59,265 nucleotides of DNA, taken from NCBI GenBank assembly GCA_025603075.1, contig MU626386.1:1-59265 (forward strand). Direction: 5' to 3'. The notes beneath the pieces are model-generated. The model was not told the DNA's origin. It did not search any database and was given only the letters and a program-made list of their open reading frames with translations. This DNA is from Neoconidiobolus thromboides FSU 785 (Eukaryota > Fungi > Entomophthoromycota). Both the position numbers and the translations under genes were made by a program. Below, in pieces: positions 12,404 through 23,928 of this stretch; within the stretch, counting starts at the first letter, position 1; every line of letters starts with the position of its first letter.

Positions 12404-12705
12404 CTTGCTTAATCCTTAGTATTAATCAGATCGTTTGGTCTTGTTTTTTTTTGAATAACAAATATAGTCAAATAATAAATTGCTAATAAAATAAAATTGG
12501 GTTGTAATTTTATATAATTTTTAATTTAATGCTTTATTGAAGTTTAAGTTTACTTTACTTTACTCTAATTGGCTACTCTTGAGTCTATTCATGCAAAAAA
12601 TTACATAAGTAATGAGCATGAAATCATTATAATTTGAATTAAGTATAAAATAATATTACTAATATATGATAAAGAATAGTAAATTGAAAATAAAACTTCT
12701 TTTAT

Positions 12706-14130
12706 TTAAAACAACTTTTGCACATTTAAATAAAGATTGTTTTGATTTTGTGCAACTGTGTTGTTCTTAGTTTCTGGAAATATAAAATAACTGATAATAG
12801 CTGCTATTAAAAGATAGATAGAGAATAATAAAAAGGGAGAACCAATTTGGTCTTTTGGAAAAAGCTCAGTAAATGGTAAAAATAAAGAAGCAATCAAAAA
12901 GTTACCCAACAAATTAGTTATTAATGATAAGGTAGATGCAACAGTTAAAAACTCCCCTTCAAAAAATTCACCAATTAATAAGAATGGTAAAGCACCTAAT
13001 CCAATCGAATATCCAATGATGCTCAAAAATAAGAATAAAGTTGCTAGTATTATTAAATTATAATTCAGTGAAAAAGCTAACCCAAATAATGCTACAGACA
13101 TTGTTAAACAGGAGTATAAAAACAGTACTCTTCTTCCTTTAACTTCAATAATTTTTGTAATGAACAATGTAATCATTAATTGAAATAAATTTAATAATAA
13201 TGAAATCAACTTGGCATCAACTCCTTTCAAATCTTTCAATATTGTAGTTGAGAAGTACATTATTGAATTTATACCACTCATTTGTTGTGAAATATGCAGA
13301 AACAATAATAATAATAAGCATTTGTTATATTTATTATTTAGGAATATGGATAAACAATTTTTAAAAAATGAATTATCATTACTTGTACTACTATTGATAT
13401 TTTGATTATCGTTGTCATCACTATTGTCATTCTCATGTTCTATTCCTTCTTCGATAACTTGATACTCATTTTCAGTATCATTATTCGATTTAAAATAGGA
13501 AAATAAAATAATTTGAATAAAAGGTATAATGATTCCAATGAATAAAATAAACCTCCATGAATAGAAAAATCCGATTAACATAGTAATAACAATACCTAGT
13601 ACAATGAACAACTGATTGAATGTACCTAAAAGCCCTTTGTAGTTTAACGGTGCTATTTGAGTTAAATAGATAGGTACAACCACCATTGCTATTCCAGAAC
13701 CTAATCCACATAAAGCTCTACCAATTAATAAATGAAAGTAATTAAAACTTAATGAATTGAACAGAGAACCGATAACAAAAAATATATTGTTAAGTAATAA
13801 ACTACTTTTACTATTCAACTTTGATAATAAAATGGGGGCTAAAAAGGTACCAAATAAACTAAATAAGGGTAATAATCCAGTTAAAAAGGAGAATTGATGT
13901 TTATCTAATAAAATACAGGTTGGCAAATTAGGATAAAGGTCCTGATTGTTTTTCACGACACATTCTAAAAATTCCTTTTCTGGTAAGTTGTATTCCGAAA
14001 TATGATACCCAAACTGCAAGCTTGATAAACTACCTATAATACCATATATAATTATCTTATAATCCAACTTCCTTTCGCTTTCTTCATTCCCTCTCTCATT
14101 AAAGGACACATATTCATTTTCAAAATTCAT
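12706..14130 (-). CDS. MFS sugar-porter family transporter, resembling vacuolar Vps73/Ybr241c type
   Basis: About 12 hydrophobic segments; QFGYHISEYN, GRALCGLGSG, QQMSGINSIMYFS, GRR, PETK sugar-porter motifs. Confidence 0.9.
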   Translation of the reverse strand: MNFENEYVSFNERGNEESERKLDYKIIIYGIIGSLSSLQFGYHISEYNLPEKEFLECVVKNNQDLYPNLPTCILLDKHQFSFLTGLLPLFSLFGTFLAPILLSKLNSKSSLLLNNIFFVIGSLFNSLSFNYFHLLIGRALCGLGSGIAMVVVPIYLTQIAPLNYKGLLGTFNQLFIVLGIVITMLIGFFYSWRFILFIGIIIPFIQIILFSYFKSNNDTENEYQVIEEGIEHENDNSDDNDNQNINSSTSNDNSFFKNCLSIFLNNKYNKCLLLLLFLHISQQMSGINSIMYFSTTILKDLKGVDAKLISLLLNLFQLMITLFITKIIEVKGRRVLFLYSCLTMSVALFGLAFSLNYNLIILATLFLFLSIIGYSIGLGALPFLLIGEFFEGEFLTVASTLSLITNLLGNFLIASLFLPFTELFPKDQIGSPFLLFSIYLLIAAIISYFIFPETKNNTVAQNQNNLYLNVQKLF

Positions 14131-14348
14131 TTTATTTTAGAAAAATAAGTTAAAGTATAATTTTTAAATACAGGTGTTTATTAGATATTTTATAGCAAAT
14201 AAACGAATCAATGTTACATCATAACCTCCCAAAGAACACTCAAATGGTTGGCTTAAAAAGCATTAATAGATAATGATTGGCTTCAATATTTTATAAGACA
14301 CCTTAGTACAAATAAACACCTCACCAACTTATTTTGAATCAATAAACA

Positions 14349-15282
14349 ATGGCAGCAAAAGAAGAGATCATGCAGTTAATGAGACAAAGTATGGAGTATA
14401 GCGAAAAGCAAGATTATGACTCCAGCTTACCACTAATAACACGATTAATTGAATTGACGAAGCAAAAATCAGCATTACCTTTGTTGTCAAGGTGTACATG
14501 TTACATTCAATTAAAAAGATATGAGGAAGCTGAAAAAGATGCTCTAAAAATAATAAGTTTAGAAGATAATGAGTTAGAAGCTGGGATAGTGAAAGGATGT
14601 AGTACGTTTCATTCAGCAGCCTATTCAAGACTACATAACATTTATTGCAAATTAGAGAAAATTGAGGTGGCAAGTGAGATGTTAAAAAAAAGGAGTGTTA
14701 TTGAAGATGCAATAAAGAAAAAGAATCTAGAGAAAGAAAAGCAAAACAAAGAGAATAAAGAAGAGTTAGGAGAAGTCCAAAAACTAAAACAGATACTAAA
14801 CGATAAAGGGAAGAGATATGTTGCAAAGAAAAACTTTAAAAAAGGAATTGAAGCGTTTGAACAAAGCATAAACTTAGCAGAAGATGAAAAAACACATTCT
14901 AACTTAGCAGCTTGTTATTTGGAATTAAAAGAGTGGAATAAAGTATTATTTCATGCTAATCAAGCTTTGATCATTAACCCCAACTTTGCTAAGGCTTGGT
15001 ATCGACAAGGTAAATATTTTATTGTTTCATTTTCTACCCTCAATTGACTATAAATAAATAGGAATAGCATTGTATCAACTTAAGGAATATAATGAAGCAA
15101 TAAAAGCTTTTGAAGCTAGTTTAAAATTAAACCCTGAAGATGAAAAAATAGAAACATATTTAAAATTGGTTAAAGCTAAATCAAAGCCATCTCATTCTCA
15201 ATTGCTTCTAGCTAATGGTACTAATCTACTCTTAATAATAGGTTGTATATTAGCTCTGGTTTATTTGTTAAATCTATATTAG
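14349..15282 (+). CDS. TPR-repeat protein with C-terminal transmembrane (tail) anchor, 2 exons
   Basis: Intron 15010-15061 joins KAWYRQ-G-IALYQLKEYNEAIKAFEASLKLNP; TPR motifs (SNLAACYLELKEWNKVLFHANQALIINP); terminal hydrophobic helix LLLIIGCILALVYLLNLY. Confidence 0.85.
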
Positions 15283-15451
15283 TCTATATGTGTAATGTAT
15301 AAATTTTAGTTATTACCTATAAAAATAAAATGAAAATGAAAATGAAAATGGATTTAATCTTACTTTTTATTGAATTTTAGTGATACGGCTTAATAACATA
15401 AATAAAATATACAAATAGAATTTTAATGATTAATTAACTAAGTTTATTCAA

Positions 15452-15934
15452 TTAAAGATATAATACTGAGTAAGTAAGTGCAGATAAGGCAGCAACTGAG
15501 GAATAGTGGTAAACACTTGATCTGGAACTACTAGAACCTTTAGACTTATCAGCCTCAGATTTTGAGGTATCCTTATTACCATTACCTGTCTCCTTTGGCT
15601 TATCGGTAGCCTCGGATGAAGTAGCGGTAGAGGTAGGTAAAAGTTCTTTCGTATTGATATTGGCAGCTCTACAGTGAGCTAAAACTTCGCTTTCTCTATT
15701 AGCTCTTTTACCTTGATATTCTTTGTCTTCAAGACAATTATTGTAGCACACTAAAGTGGAGTATTTTTCCTTACATAAACAAGCTTGGTCACTAGGGGCG
15801 CACTTGTCAACAACAATTTGCAATCTATCCAAGCACATTTCAATGGTTTGGACAGAGGCTTTAACGCATGTTGACTCGACGCTACTACTTAAAAGGCTAA
15901 AGCAAATAAGACTAAAAGGGACAATGAATTTCAT
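15452..15934 (-). CDS. Secreted, probably GPI-anchored 8-Cys (CFEM-like) Ser/Thr-rich cell-surface protein
   Basis: Signal peptide; C..C..CAPSDQACLC..CYNNC..C pattern; S/T linker; hydrophobic C-terminus after SSSSRSS. Confidence 0.75.
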   Translation of the reverse strand: MKFIVPFSLICFSLLSSSVESTCVKASVQTIEMCLDRLQIVVDKCAPSDQACLCKEKYSTLVCYNNCLEDKEYQGKRANRESEVLAHCRAANINTKELLPTSTATSSEATDKPKETGNGNKDTSKSEADKSKGSSSSRSSVYHYSSVAALSALTYSVLYL

Positions 15935-16103
15935 ATTAAGTATACAGCAGATATAATATTAATATTAAGTATATTAAGGATTGAAAAATATATTAATTAA
16001 AGTTAATAACTTTTAAATTATAATTGTTAGTTCAAAGTAAAATTTTAATTTCAAAATTTACCTCGTTTTATTTCTTTTTTTTCTATCCCTAGAATCCGAA
16101 CCA

Positions 16104-16491
16104 GATTGGGAATTTCCAATCATATAAGTGTTCATCATTATAATTTCTACTGATTGGGTGAGATCAATATCACGTTGCATTTGGTTGATTATAGGGGATT
16201 TAAAGAGGATAGTAAAGTTAACAAATTGAGTAGTAAATTAAGTGCACATTTTATTTAATCCTTGGCCTATAGTAGATAATTTGATTGAAGCAAGTTAAAC
16301 AGGAAACGATGGTTTTATTTGTTTAATATCAAATATAATCTAGTTTAAAAGATATCCTGATAAAATAGACAAAAAATTCTTAGTGGATTCCACCCAGATA
16401 GACAATGATCTTAATTGGCTTATGTTTGGCTTAAAGCCCTACCAAGCACCCGGATTCATTGGTTAAAAGAAGAAAATGCAAGAGGGATTGG
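16104..16491. promoter_or_regulatory. CCAAT-box cluster in divergent promoter, including inverted dyad GATTGG-N6-CCAATC (16104-16121)
   Basis: Six CCAAT/ATTGG boxes (16105, 16116, 16154, 16414, 16458, 16487) between divergent ATGs at 15934 and 16575. Confidence 0.55.
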
Positions 16492-16574
16492 CTAAAAAGT
16501 AAAGAAAGGAAAGCGTTAAAACAAGTGACTGTTAAAATTTGTAAAACAATAATTTTCTATTTTTTTATTTTAAA

Positions 16575-17240
16575 ATGTCAGATAATGAAAAGCAATTGAA
16601 ATATCGAAACAATGGCTCGACATCTAACTATAATTTTGAAGCTGATAATTTATCTAGAGAGGAAGAAAACTTAAGGTAATCTAATATTTACATTTATACT
16701 TACTGATATAAAAAACTAAATAGTAACTCCGAATCCATGGAAGGGAGTGAAAAAAAAAGCAATATGAAAACAAGCATAAGTTTGAGTTCAATGGATAGTT
16801 ATGCAAGCTCGATCATACAATTAAGCGATCGAAGAAATTCAATCTTCAGTTCAGTACCAAGTATCAATAGTCCAGACGAAAAAGAAACTATTAACTTAGA
16901 TATGACCCAAAGTATATCTTTAGATGAAGGCATACCCTCAGATAGCATGTCTCATGCACTCCACACCAGTTTACCAGAGACAGCTGCTTTAGCTAGGCTC
17001 ACTTGTCAACAAGTAGATGAGATGATGAGCTTAGTTTTACAAATGATCCGAAGAATGGATATGTTGGACGAAAGGGTAGATGCTTTATTACCTACCATTA
17101 CTGAAAAGGAAAACCATGACAAAGAAGAAGAAAATTCATCTACCTTTTCATGGGTTAAAGGGTTGACTTTAGCTGCTATACCTATCTTGTTAGCTGTGTC
17201 AGTTAATTATTTTTACGGCAATAAGAAAAGAAGAAGATAA
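16575..17240 (+). CDS. Unknown tail-anchored protein (Ser-rich N-terminus, coiled coil, C-terminal TM, KKRRR), 2 exons
   Basis: Intron 16676-16723 extends ORF 16737 to an ATG in AAAATG context; TM GLTLAAIPILLAVSVNYFYG followed by a basic tail. Confidence 0.75.
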
Positions 17241-17550
17241 AAGTATTATAATATGTATGTATTAGTGTGTGAATAATAAATAAGTTATCGTATTAAAATC
17301 ATTATCCTTATAATTTTATTTGATTATGTGTTCAATCATCACACACTAGTCTTGACTATATTATTATTTAACTACTATAAAATACTATCTCATCATCCTC
17401 TTACATGCTTCTGTATCATTGGTTCATTAACGTTATATTAATAATTGATCTTTCAAGTCAATTGTTTTATATAAAAGAATAATTTAAAATTTACTAAATT
17501 ATATACTTGTATCAAATTAATAATGATAAGATTCACCTTAACCTTGAAAT

Positions 17551-17847
17551 TTATTTAGTTTTAGAAGCGAATACTCCGGCTTCCCTTTGTTCGTCCCATT
17601 TTTCAGTCTAAATTAATAATAAATAAAGGATTATAAATACAAAGATTCAACTTACCCAAGAGGAAGGACATAAAGAACGATAATTTTTATAAAATTGTTT
17701 GCAAGCTGGGAAATCTTCACCTTTAGCGTTGATGCATTTATAATAATCTACATAGTTTTGCCAGCAGTGTTTGGTTTGGTTGGTGTTTGGGAAACGGGCG
17801 TCAAAAGGTGCAGTTTCAAGTTGAATGGTTACTTCGTTGTCACTCAT
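17551..17847 (-). CDS. COX12: Cytochrome c oxidase subunit 6B (Cox12), 2 exons, 82 aa
   Basis: [25 protein letters not shown]...C..FY..Y.SLCPSSW; intron 17608-17655; exon 2 [18 protein letters not shown]. Confidence 0.95.
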
Positions 17848-18742
17848 GTTTGATTAAATCTAATTTAAAAAATGTTGTTACTAAAATCTTTCTATTTGAT
17901 TTATACGATGCTACTATCTACTGTTATTTTACTTTATTTATTTTTCACTATACTTTTAGGTTATATTAAAAATCAAGGCTTACTTTTCTCTTTTTCTAAC
18001 TAAATAAAAAACTTTTTATCTTGTTTCAATTCTTTAATCTTTATCCATCACTCTTTTCATCATTATTCAAAACTTTAATACTCAAATAATGGGATCTTAT
18101 CTTTTATCCAATGAATTAGCAGACTCAGGGCATTTGATAAGTTTCAACCAATCATAAGAGCTTGGCTAAACTAATTTTGGATCTGCTTTTTGTTGTTTTT
18201 TAATCGTTTAAAATTTATTTCGGTCCTATCAAAAAGATTGTTTTTTAATATCAATGATCGATAATGCAGAGGATTCCGTAATACATTTTTAAACAGATAA
18301 ATATTAAAATAGCACTTCGTTTTAGCTGTATCTTCTGTCATTTTTTTATGGTTTAATAATCAAAACGTTATTTAAGTAACCTATTAAAATAAGGATAGAT
18401 AGTTGAAATAAAAGTATTTTAATATTATTTAAAGATGATAAATGTTGGAAATAATATTATTACTTAGCCAAATCTGAGATATTAGAAAACTAAATTATAG
18501 TGTTTCAAAATGCTGTTTTAGGAGTAGCTTTTGAACTGAACCCTCTTATTTTATTTGTTTTATAATAAAGACTAAATTAGCATATATATTTTTTATAATA
18601 ATTACAATAAATGGTGGTGAAAATAGAATATTGTCCAATGAAATTAAAGCAACTTAATCTAAATTTAAAAATAAATATCATAATGTAACATATTAAAAAC
18701 TTTAAAGAAAAAGAAGCTACAATAATAAAAAGAGTGTATTTT

Positions 18743-19804
18743 TTAAATTAATAGAACAGCTAGTCTTGCTATAGTAGCATCTAAAACGAATAAGAGTAAG
18801 GCAAAAGGATTCATGGGATCATCAGGATAAAAAGAGTTTAATGAATTTAACCAGCATTCAAATAAAGTCTGATCCGTCTTTATAAAGTTAATATTCGTTA
18901 ATTTTAGTAGCACCAAAAAGTCATTCAGCAGATGTTTAACATAATCACTATGTTCACATCTTAAGAAGTAAAATAAATTATTGATATCCAAAATAGGCAC
19001 TTTGCAATGAAAATTATGAAAATAATTTACGATGCTTTGTATCTGAGCCGTATTCAATTTGTCATGTGGCAAGTCCCCTAAATATAACACTAACTTAACA
19101 AAATCAATACCGTATTCCGTCAACGGCCAATTGTTTAATTTTTGTAACTCTTCTTTAGGTGGTACTAACATATGGTAACTCCCCGTCGTTTTTTTAGGAA
19201 CTGACACAGGTTCACTCAAATTATACAAGACATCATCATTTGTATTGCTTGAGGCGCTAGTCATCGTTTTGTTGCTACCACTATTGCTATTATTACTGTT
19301 AATGTTATTCATTTTTTCCATCATATGCGATAGATTTTCATTAGCAAACTCATCTTCCTCTTCAAAGTCATTTGGATGAAAACGTGGTGTAGCTATCTCA
19401 CTATGTCTTTTAGTCAAACTGACTGGATTTAAATCATGCTCTTTCAAAAATGGTGAAGGCATTTCATTATACGAGAATAAAGATCCTAACTCTTTCATTA
19501 TCGATGGTGAGCTTGATCTCGATTGTTCGCTTGAAGTATTAAATAGTAATCCAGCAGTATTTGTATTGATTGTGCTAACAATTTGTGGACGATGTTGATC
19601 AGAAAGAGTACATGCCCTATTCCTTGCTCCTTTAGGCCCTCTTTTAAGGATCGGTTTTTCATAACTACAATCCCCTTTGTTATGTTTTATACAATTCATA
19701 CATGCCATATTGCCATCACATTTGATTTTCCTTCTTCGACAAAAATCGCATGCCCTTTTCACTAATTCTCGAACACCTGTATGTCCTGTTTCTTCTTCAA
19801 ACAT
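18743..19804 (-). CDS. Zn(II)2Cys6 fungal transcription factor, 353 aa (3' end uncertain)
   Basis: RACDFCRRRKIKCDGNMACMNCIKHNKGDCSY...KRGPK; YFHNFHCKVPILD middle-homology motif. Confidence 0.85.
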   Translation of the reverse strand: MFEEETGHTGVRELVKRACDFCRRRKIKCDGNMACMNCIKHNKGDCSYEKPILKRGPKGARNRACTLSDQHRPQIVSTINTNTAGLLFNTSSEQSRSSSPSIMKELGSLFSYNEMPSPFLKEHDLNPVSLTKRHSEIATPRFHPNDFEEEDEFANENLSHMMEKMNNINSNNSNSGSNKTMTSASSNTNDDVLYNLSEPVSVPKKTTGSYHMLVPPKEELQKLNNWPLTEYGIDFVKLVLYLGDLPHDKLNTAQIQSIVNYFHNFHCKVPILDINNLFYFLRCEHSDYVKHLLNDFLVLLKLTNINFIKTDQTLFECWLNSLNSFYPDDPMNPFALLLFVLDATIARLAVLLI

Positions 19805-20419
19805 AGTGTACTTTTAATTTTATAGTAAAGATTAAAAGGATTAAAAGGAATTGATACTTTTGTCTTCTTTTACTTAGCTTATAACTTAAATACGAATATC
19901 CTCAATGTTCCAATAAATTTCAAGTCAAACTTCTAATGTTTAATGTGATTGGTAGTTATTTATTATAGCCAATTAAATGCATTTTGCTGATGTAATTCAT
20001 CCTTTTGACCGCATCTAAAAATAAAAATTTAAGAATATCTCTTACTGTCAATTAAGAACCAATTATTTTAACAAAGGTTATAAATAAAAGTATGCTGTAA
20101 CTTTAATATTTTGTATATAATATTTTGTAATTTGGTGATTTATAATGATTTATTAGGAAGGAATTTTATTTATAGACCAAATTAATTGGTCAACCATTTT
20201 GTGAAAATAATAAGTCTATTAAATAATTCTTAAATAAAATAACAGGCGAAATAGTATGTTCCAAATTATATTTTGTTACTTTTAACATTATTTAGCTCTC
20301 TTTTCCTTAATTATAATAAACTACATTTTTTAACTTATATAGGTTTATTTAGTTATATTTTGACGCATAACAATAACAAGTGGTTGAAACTAATATTTAT
20401 TTGGCATTAATGTTAACAT

Positions 20420-20872
20420 TCAAGCTTGTCCAGATCTGGTGTAAACCCAAGGCGTAATATATAATCCAAATAAAGCTAATAGTAGGAGCACCCAGAACCC
20501 ATTACCGATTGCTCGGTAATTTAAAAAGTGGAGCATGCAACTAATTGCTAAAGAGAATAAAACAATTAAAGAGAACACGTCACCCGAAGTCTTGCTTCCA
20601 CCAACTATTACATTAAGAATAACGCCAACAGATAAGAACAAAAAGGCTTTAAGTAATCGATGATCATTTTTTTCAATATTTACAATGTGATCTTTATGAG
20701 TGGTAGCGATACCTGTTTCTTCAGTATGAGCTACAGTGGGCCCATGCGAATATTGTAAACTGTTATCACCATTTTTTAAATGAATACTTAATAACACTAA
20801 ACTGTTTAAAAACCATAGTAAAAAGGTTACAAATACGGCACTAAATTGAATTAAATAAGGTTCACTAAACAT
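20420..20872 (-). CDS. Small hypothetical multi-pass membrane protein, 150 aa
   Basis: ATG-initiated ORF with coding-like GC content and about 4 hydrophobic helices; no family recognised. Confidence 0.6.
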   Translation of the reverse strand: MFSEPYLIQFSAVFVTFLLWFLNSLVLLSIHLKNGDNSLQYSHGPTVAHTEETGIATTHKDHIVNIEKNDHRLLKAFLFLSVGVILNVIVGGSKTSGDVFSLIVLFSLAISCMLHFLNYRAIGNGFWVLLLLALFGLYITPWVYTRSGQA

Positions 20873-21827
20873 TATATTAATTTAAATTATTTGAATTATT
20901 TAGTTGTTTTGGTTTTGGTCTTTGTTTATATACATTCATATTTACTTAGTTTACTGTTTAACACTTTAACTTATTGATTACTGTGATTAAAAGTAATCAA
21001 TTCATCATAGTGATATTTATTTAAGTTGATAAAAACAATTATGCCTTCATCTTTCTAAAGCATTGTTTTTGTTATTTATGATATAAATAGATTCGATTAT
21101 AGCGAAATAGTAATTAAATCCAGGTTTATAGTATTAGATATGTTATTGTATTTTAAATTTGTAGGTATGAAAATTATACCATAATATATACGACTTATAA
21201 AAAATAATGATTAAATGCTTACGTTTTATAACAAATGACCTATAAGGATAGTCACAAATTATTAGTTAAATTTAAGAGAATAACGAATAATATTAAATCT
21301 TAATTTTAGAGCTTATTCTATATTAATTTTCTAAACTAGTAGTAATGATTAAATTAAAGATAGAATTTAAACCTATAAATTTATCAATAAAATTGATAGG
21401 ATTACTAATGTAATTTCTAGATAAATCTACTTTATAAAAACCAAAAACCTTGTTGTTTGGTCATTAAAAACTTGATTTAAATTTTAGCTTTATATTATTT
21501 TCAAAGGGTATACTTTCCTTAATATTTTGCACAGTTGACATAAAATTTCAAGTTTTAAAAAAATTAAATCATCTTTGCAAAAAATTTGTCATTTACTTGA
21601 GAAAAACTTTGCTCTACTTTAGAATAATTTAAGCCTGCTTTTCTTATTTGATATCAAAATAAGTAGAATTTTCCTTAAGCAGGAAACTTTTTTTGCAAAG
21701 CTGATGTAATTTTTAACTTGATAGAATTTTATTTCTTAAATATGCAAATATTTATAAAAATATTTTTTTGAAAGTATGTATAATTTGGTTTAGATTTTAT
21801 CCTAGCTATAATGTATATTTAAACAAA

Positions 21828-21926
21828 TGGGGATGTATTTTTTTGTTTGAGAATTTTACTAACATTCTTTCTACTTAAATAGCGCTTAAAAATGGAAAAG
21901 TAATGAAATCAAAAGAAACATCCCCA
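21828..21926 (+). mobile_element. MITE copy 4 (flanked by AA/AA rather than TA/TA)
   Basis: AA|TGGGGATGTATTTTTTT...AAAAGAAACATCCCCA|AA with conserved core. Confidence 0.88.
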
Positions 21927-22048
21927 AATAATAAAATAATAAAATGTAAGTTTGCTTAAACAGCTTTTAACATTTAGAAATTTTAAAAATTTGCTAATAA
22001 TTTAAGCAAGTATGTAAGTGCTAATGTTTTGCTAATTATTTAAATATA

Positions 22049-22148
22049 TGGAGATGTATTTTTGTATTTAAGAATTTTACTAACAAATTTTCCACTTAAA
22101 TAGCGCTTAAAAATGGAAAAAATAATGAAGTCAAAAAAAACACCCCCA
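22049..22148 (+). mobile_element. MITE copy 5
   Basis: TA|TGGAGATGTATTTTT...AAAAAAAACACCCCCA|TA. Confidence 0.88.
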
Positions 22149-22468
22149 TATATTATAAAAATCAATTATATAAACTAGGACCTTTCAACTTACAACTAGT
22201 CAATCAAGTAAGAACTGTCTTTGAATTCAACCACTGAGTACTAGGTTTCACATAATATGTTTCATATTCAATAAAAAAAGTTATATAACATATATTATAA
22301 ATAAAAAATAATTTAATAAGTAATAATATTTAGCTTATAAATATATATAATATTAGTAATCATTTTAGAAAAAATAAAATTAAAGACACAATAAATTATG
22401 AAAATTAATAATATAAATACAGCTAAACTAATAGTTGAAAATGTGGTTTTTTTATCTCATTGCAAGTA

Positions 22469-22743
22469 TGAAATATCGCTTTGTCAGTCCTATGGTTAAT
22501 TATAACATAACAATCGCCTAAGCTGTTGTGTTCTCAAGTTCAGACAAAATCAATCCCACGTCCTTAGTTTGATTTGGTGTGAGGATTTCTAGTTCCATCC
22601 CAAAGAACACCATCTTCTCATTTTGATATTTATACTTTTCAGAGTATAAAAGAGTTTACAGAGTATAATAGTTCGAGGCTTTTTAACTGAATTATTCCCT
22701 GATATCTCGAACATTTAATAAAGCCACTAAGTTTTCTTAATAG
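22469..22743. repeat. Left arm of 275-bp inverted duplication (runs into the assembly gap)
   Basis: Reverse complement matches 23072-23450 once MITE copy 6 and one TA are removed. Confidence 0.92.
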
Positions 22744-22883
22744 NNNNNNNNNNNNNNNNNNNNNNNNNNNNNNNNNNNNNNNNNNNNNNNNNNNNNNNNN
22801 NNNNNNNNNNNNNNNNNNNNNNNNNNNNNNNNNNNNNNNNNNNNNNNNNNNNNNNNNNNNNNNNNNNNNNNNNNNNNNNNNNN
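22744..22883. other. Scaffold gap (140 N)
   Basis: Run of N characters. Confidence 1.
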
Positions 22884-23071
22884 TTGTGAAATCTGGTACT
22901 CATGGTTTGGAGTCAAGAACAGCTATTGCTTGATTGACTACACTATAAGTCAAAAGGTCTTAGTTTATGTGACTAAGATAGACTTGGATTATGAAGAATA
23001 CCACATAATAGGCTACTAGCTATATAAGACAAATAGAATAGACAATACTAATGTAAAATCTACGTAAAATG

Positions 23072-23450
23072 CTATTAAGAAAACTTAGTGGCTTTATTAA
23101 ATGTTCGAGATATCAGGGAATAATTCAGTTAAAAAGCCTCGAACTATTATACTCTGTAAACTCTTTTATACTCTGAAAAGTATAAATATCAAAATGAGAA
23201 GATAATATGGGGATGTATTTTTGTGTTTAACAATTTTACCAACAAATTTTCCGCTCAAATAGCGCTTAAAAAATGGAAAAAATAATGAAGTAAAAAAAAA
23301 ACACTCCCATATTCTTTTGGATGGAGCTAGAAATTCTCATAACAAATCAAAATAAGAACATGGGATTGATTTCCTCTGAGCTCGAGAACACAACAGCTTA
23401 GGCAATTGTTATGTTATAATTAACCATGGGACTGACAAAGCGATATTTCA
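23072..23450. repeat. Right arm of inverted duplication, interrupted by MITE copy 6
   Basis: 23072-23203 is identical to the reverse complement of 22612-22743; the outer 143 bp differ at about 17 positions. Confidence 0.92.
23208..23309 (+). mobile_element. MITE copy 6, inserted in the inverted-repeat arm with a TA target-site duplication
   Basis: Filled site GAGAAGATAA-TA-[TGGGGATG...CACTCCCA]-TA-TTCTTT versus the colinear empty site in the other arm (reverse complement GAGAAGATGGTGTTCTTT). Confidence 0.92.
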
Positions 23451-23611
23451 CATTTTAGCCTATTTATATATTAATTCACCAAAATATCCTTTTTTTGTAG
23501 TTAATATTTAATAATTAATTTGACTATACTTTATATAATATAATTAATTTGGAGTTTTTTATTTTGATTTAATATAAAAATATCTATCATTTAATTGCAA
23601 AAGACACTATC

Positions 23612-23709
23612 TGAGGATAGATTTTTCTGTTTAAGAATTTTACTAACAATCTTTGTTTAAATAGTACTAAAAAATGGAAGAGGTAATGAAATCAAAAAAA
23701 ATATCTCCA
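23612..23709 (+). mobile_element. MITE copy 7 (degenerate)
   Basis: TGAGGATAGATTTTTCTGTTTAAGAATTTTACTAACAATC...AAATAGTACTAAAAAATGGAAGAGGTAATGAAATCAAAAAAAATATCTCCA. Confidence 0.75.
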
Positions 23710-23928
23710 ATATATTAAACTAATTTACAAATTCAAATTATTTTTAAATTTAATATACGGCTTTTTTAACAGTATTTTTTAAAAACAAATTATAGTTAAA
23801 TAGCTCTGATAATATAATGTAACAAATTAAATAAAATGATTTTATTACATTAAAATTACTTATTTAAGTTATTTAATAACTTTTAAACTTTTAAGTTTAT
23901 GTTTTTTAATTGTTTTGATTTCGATATA

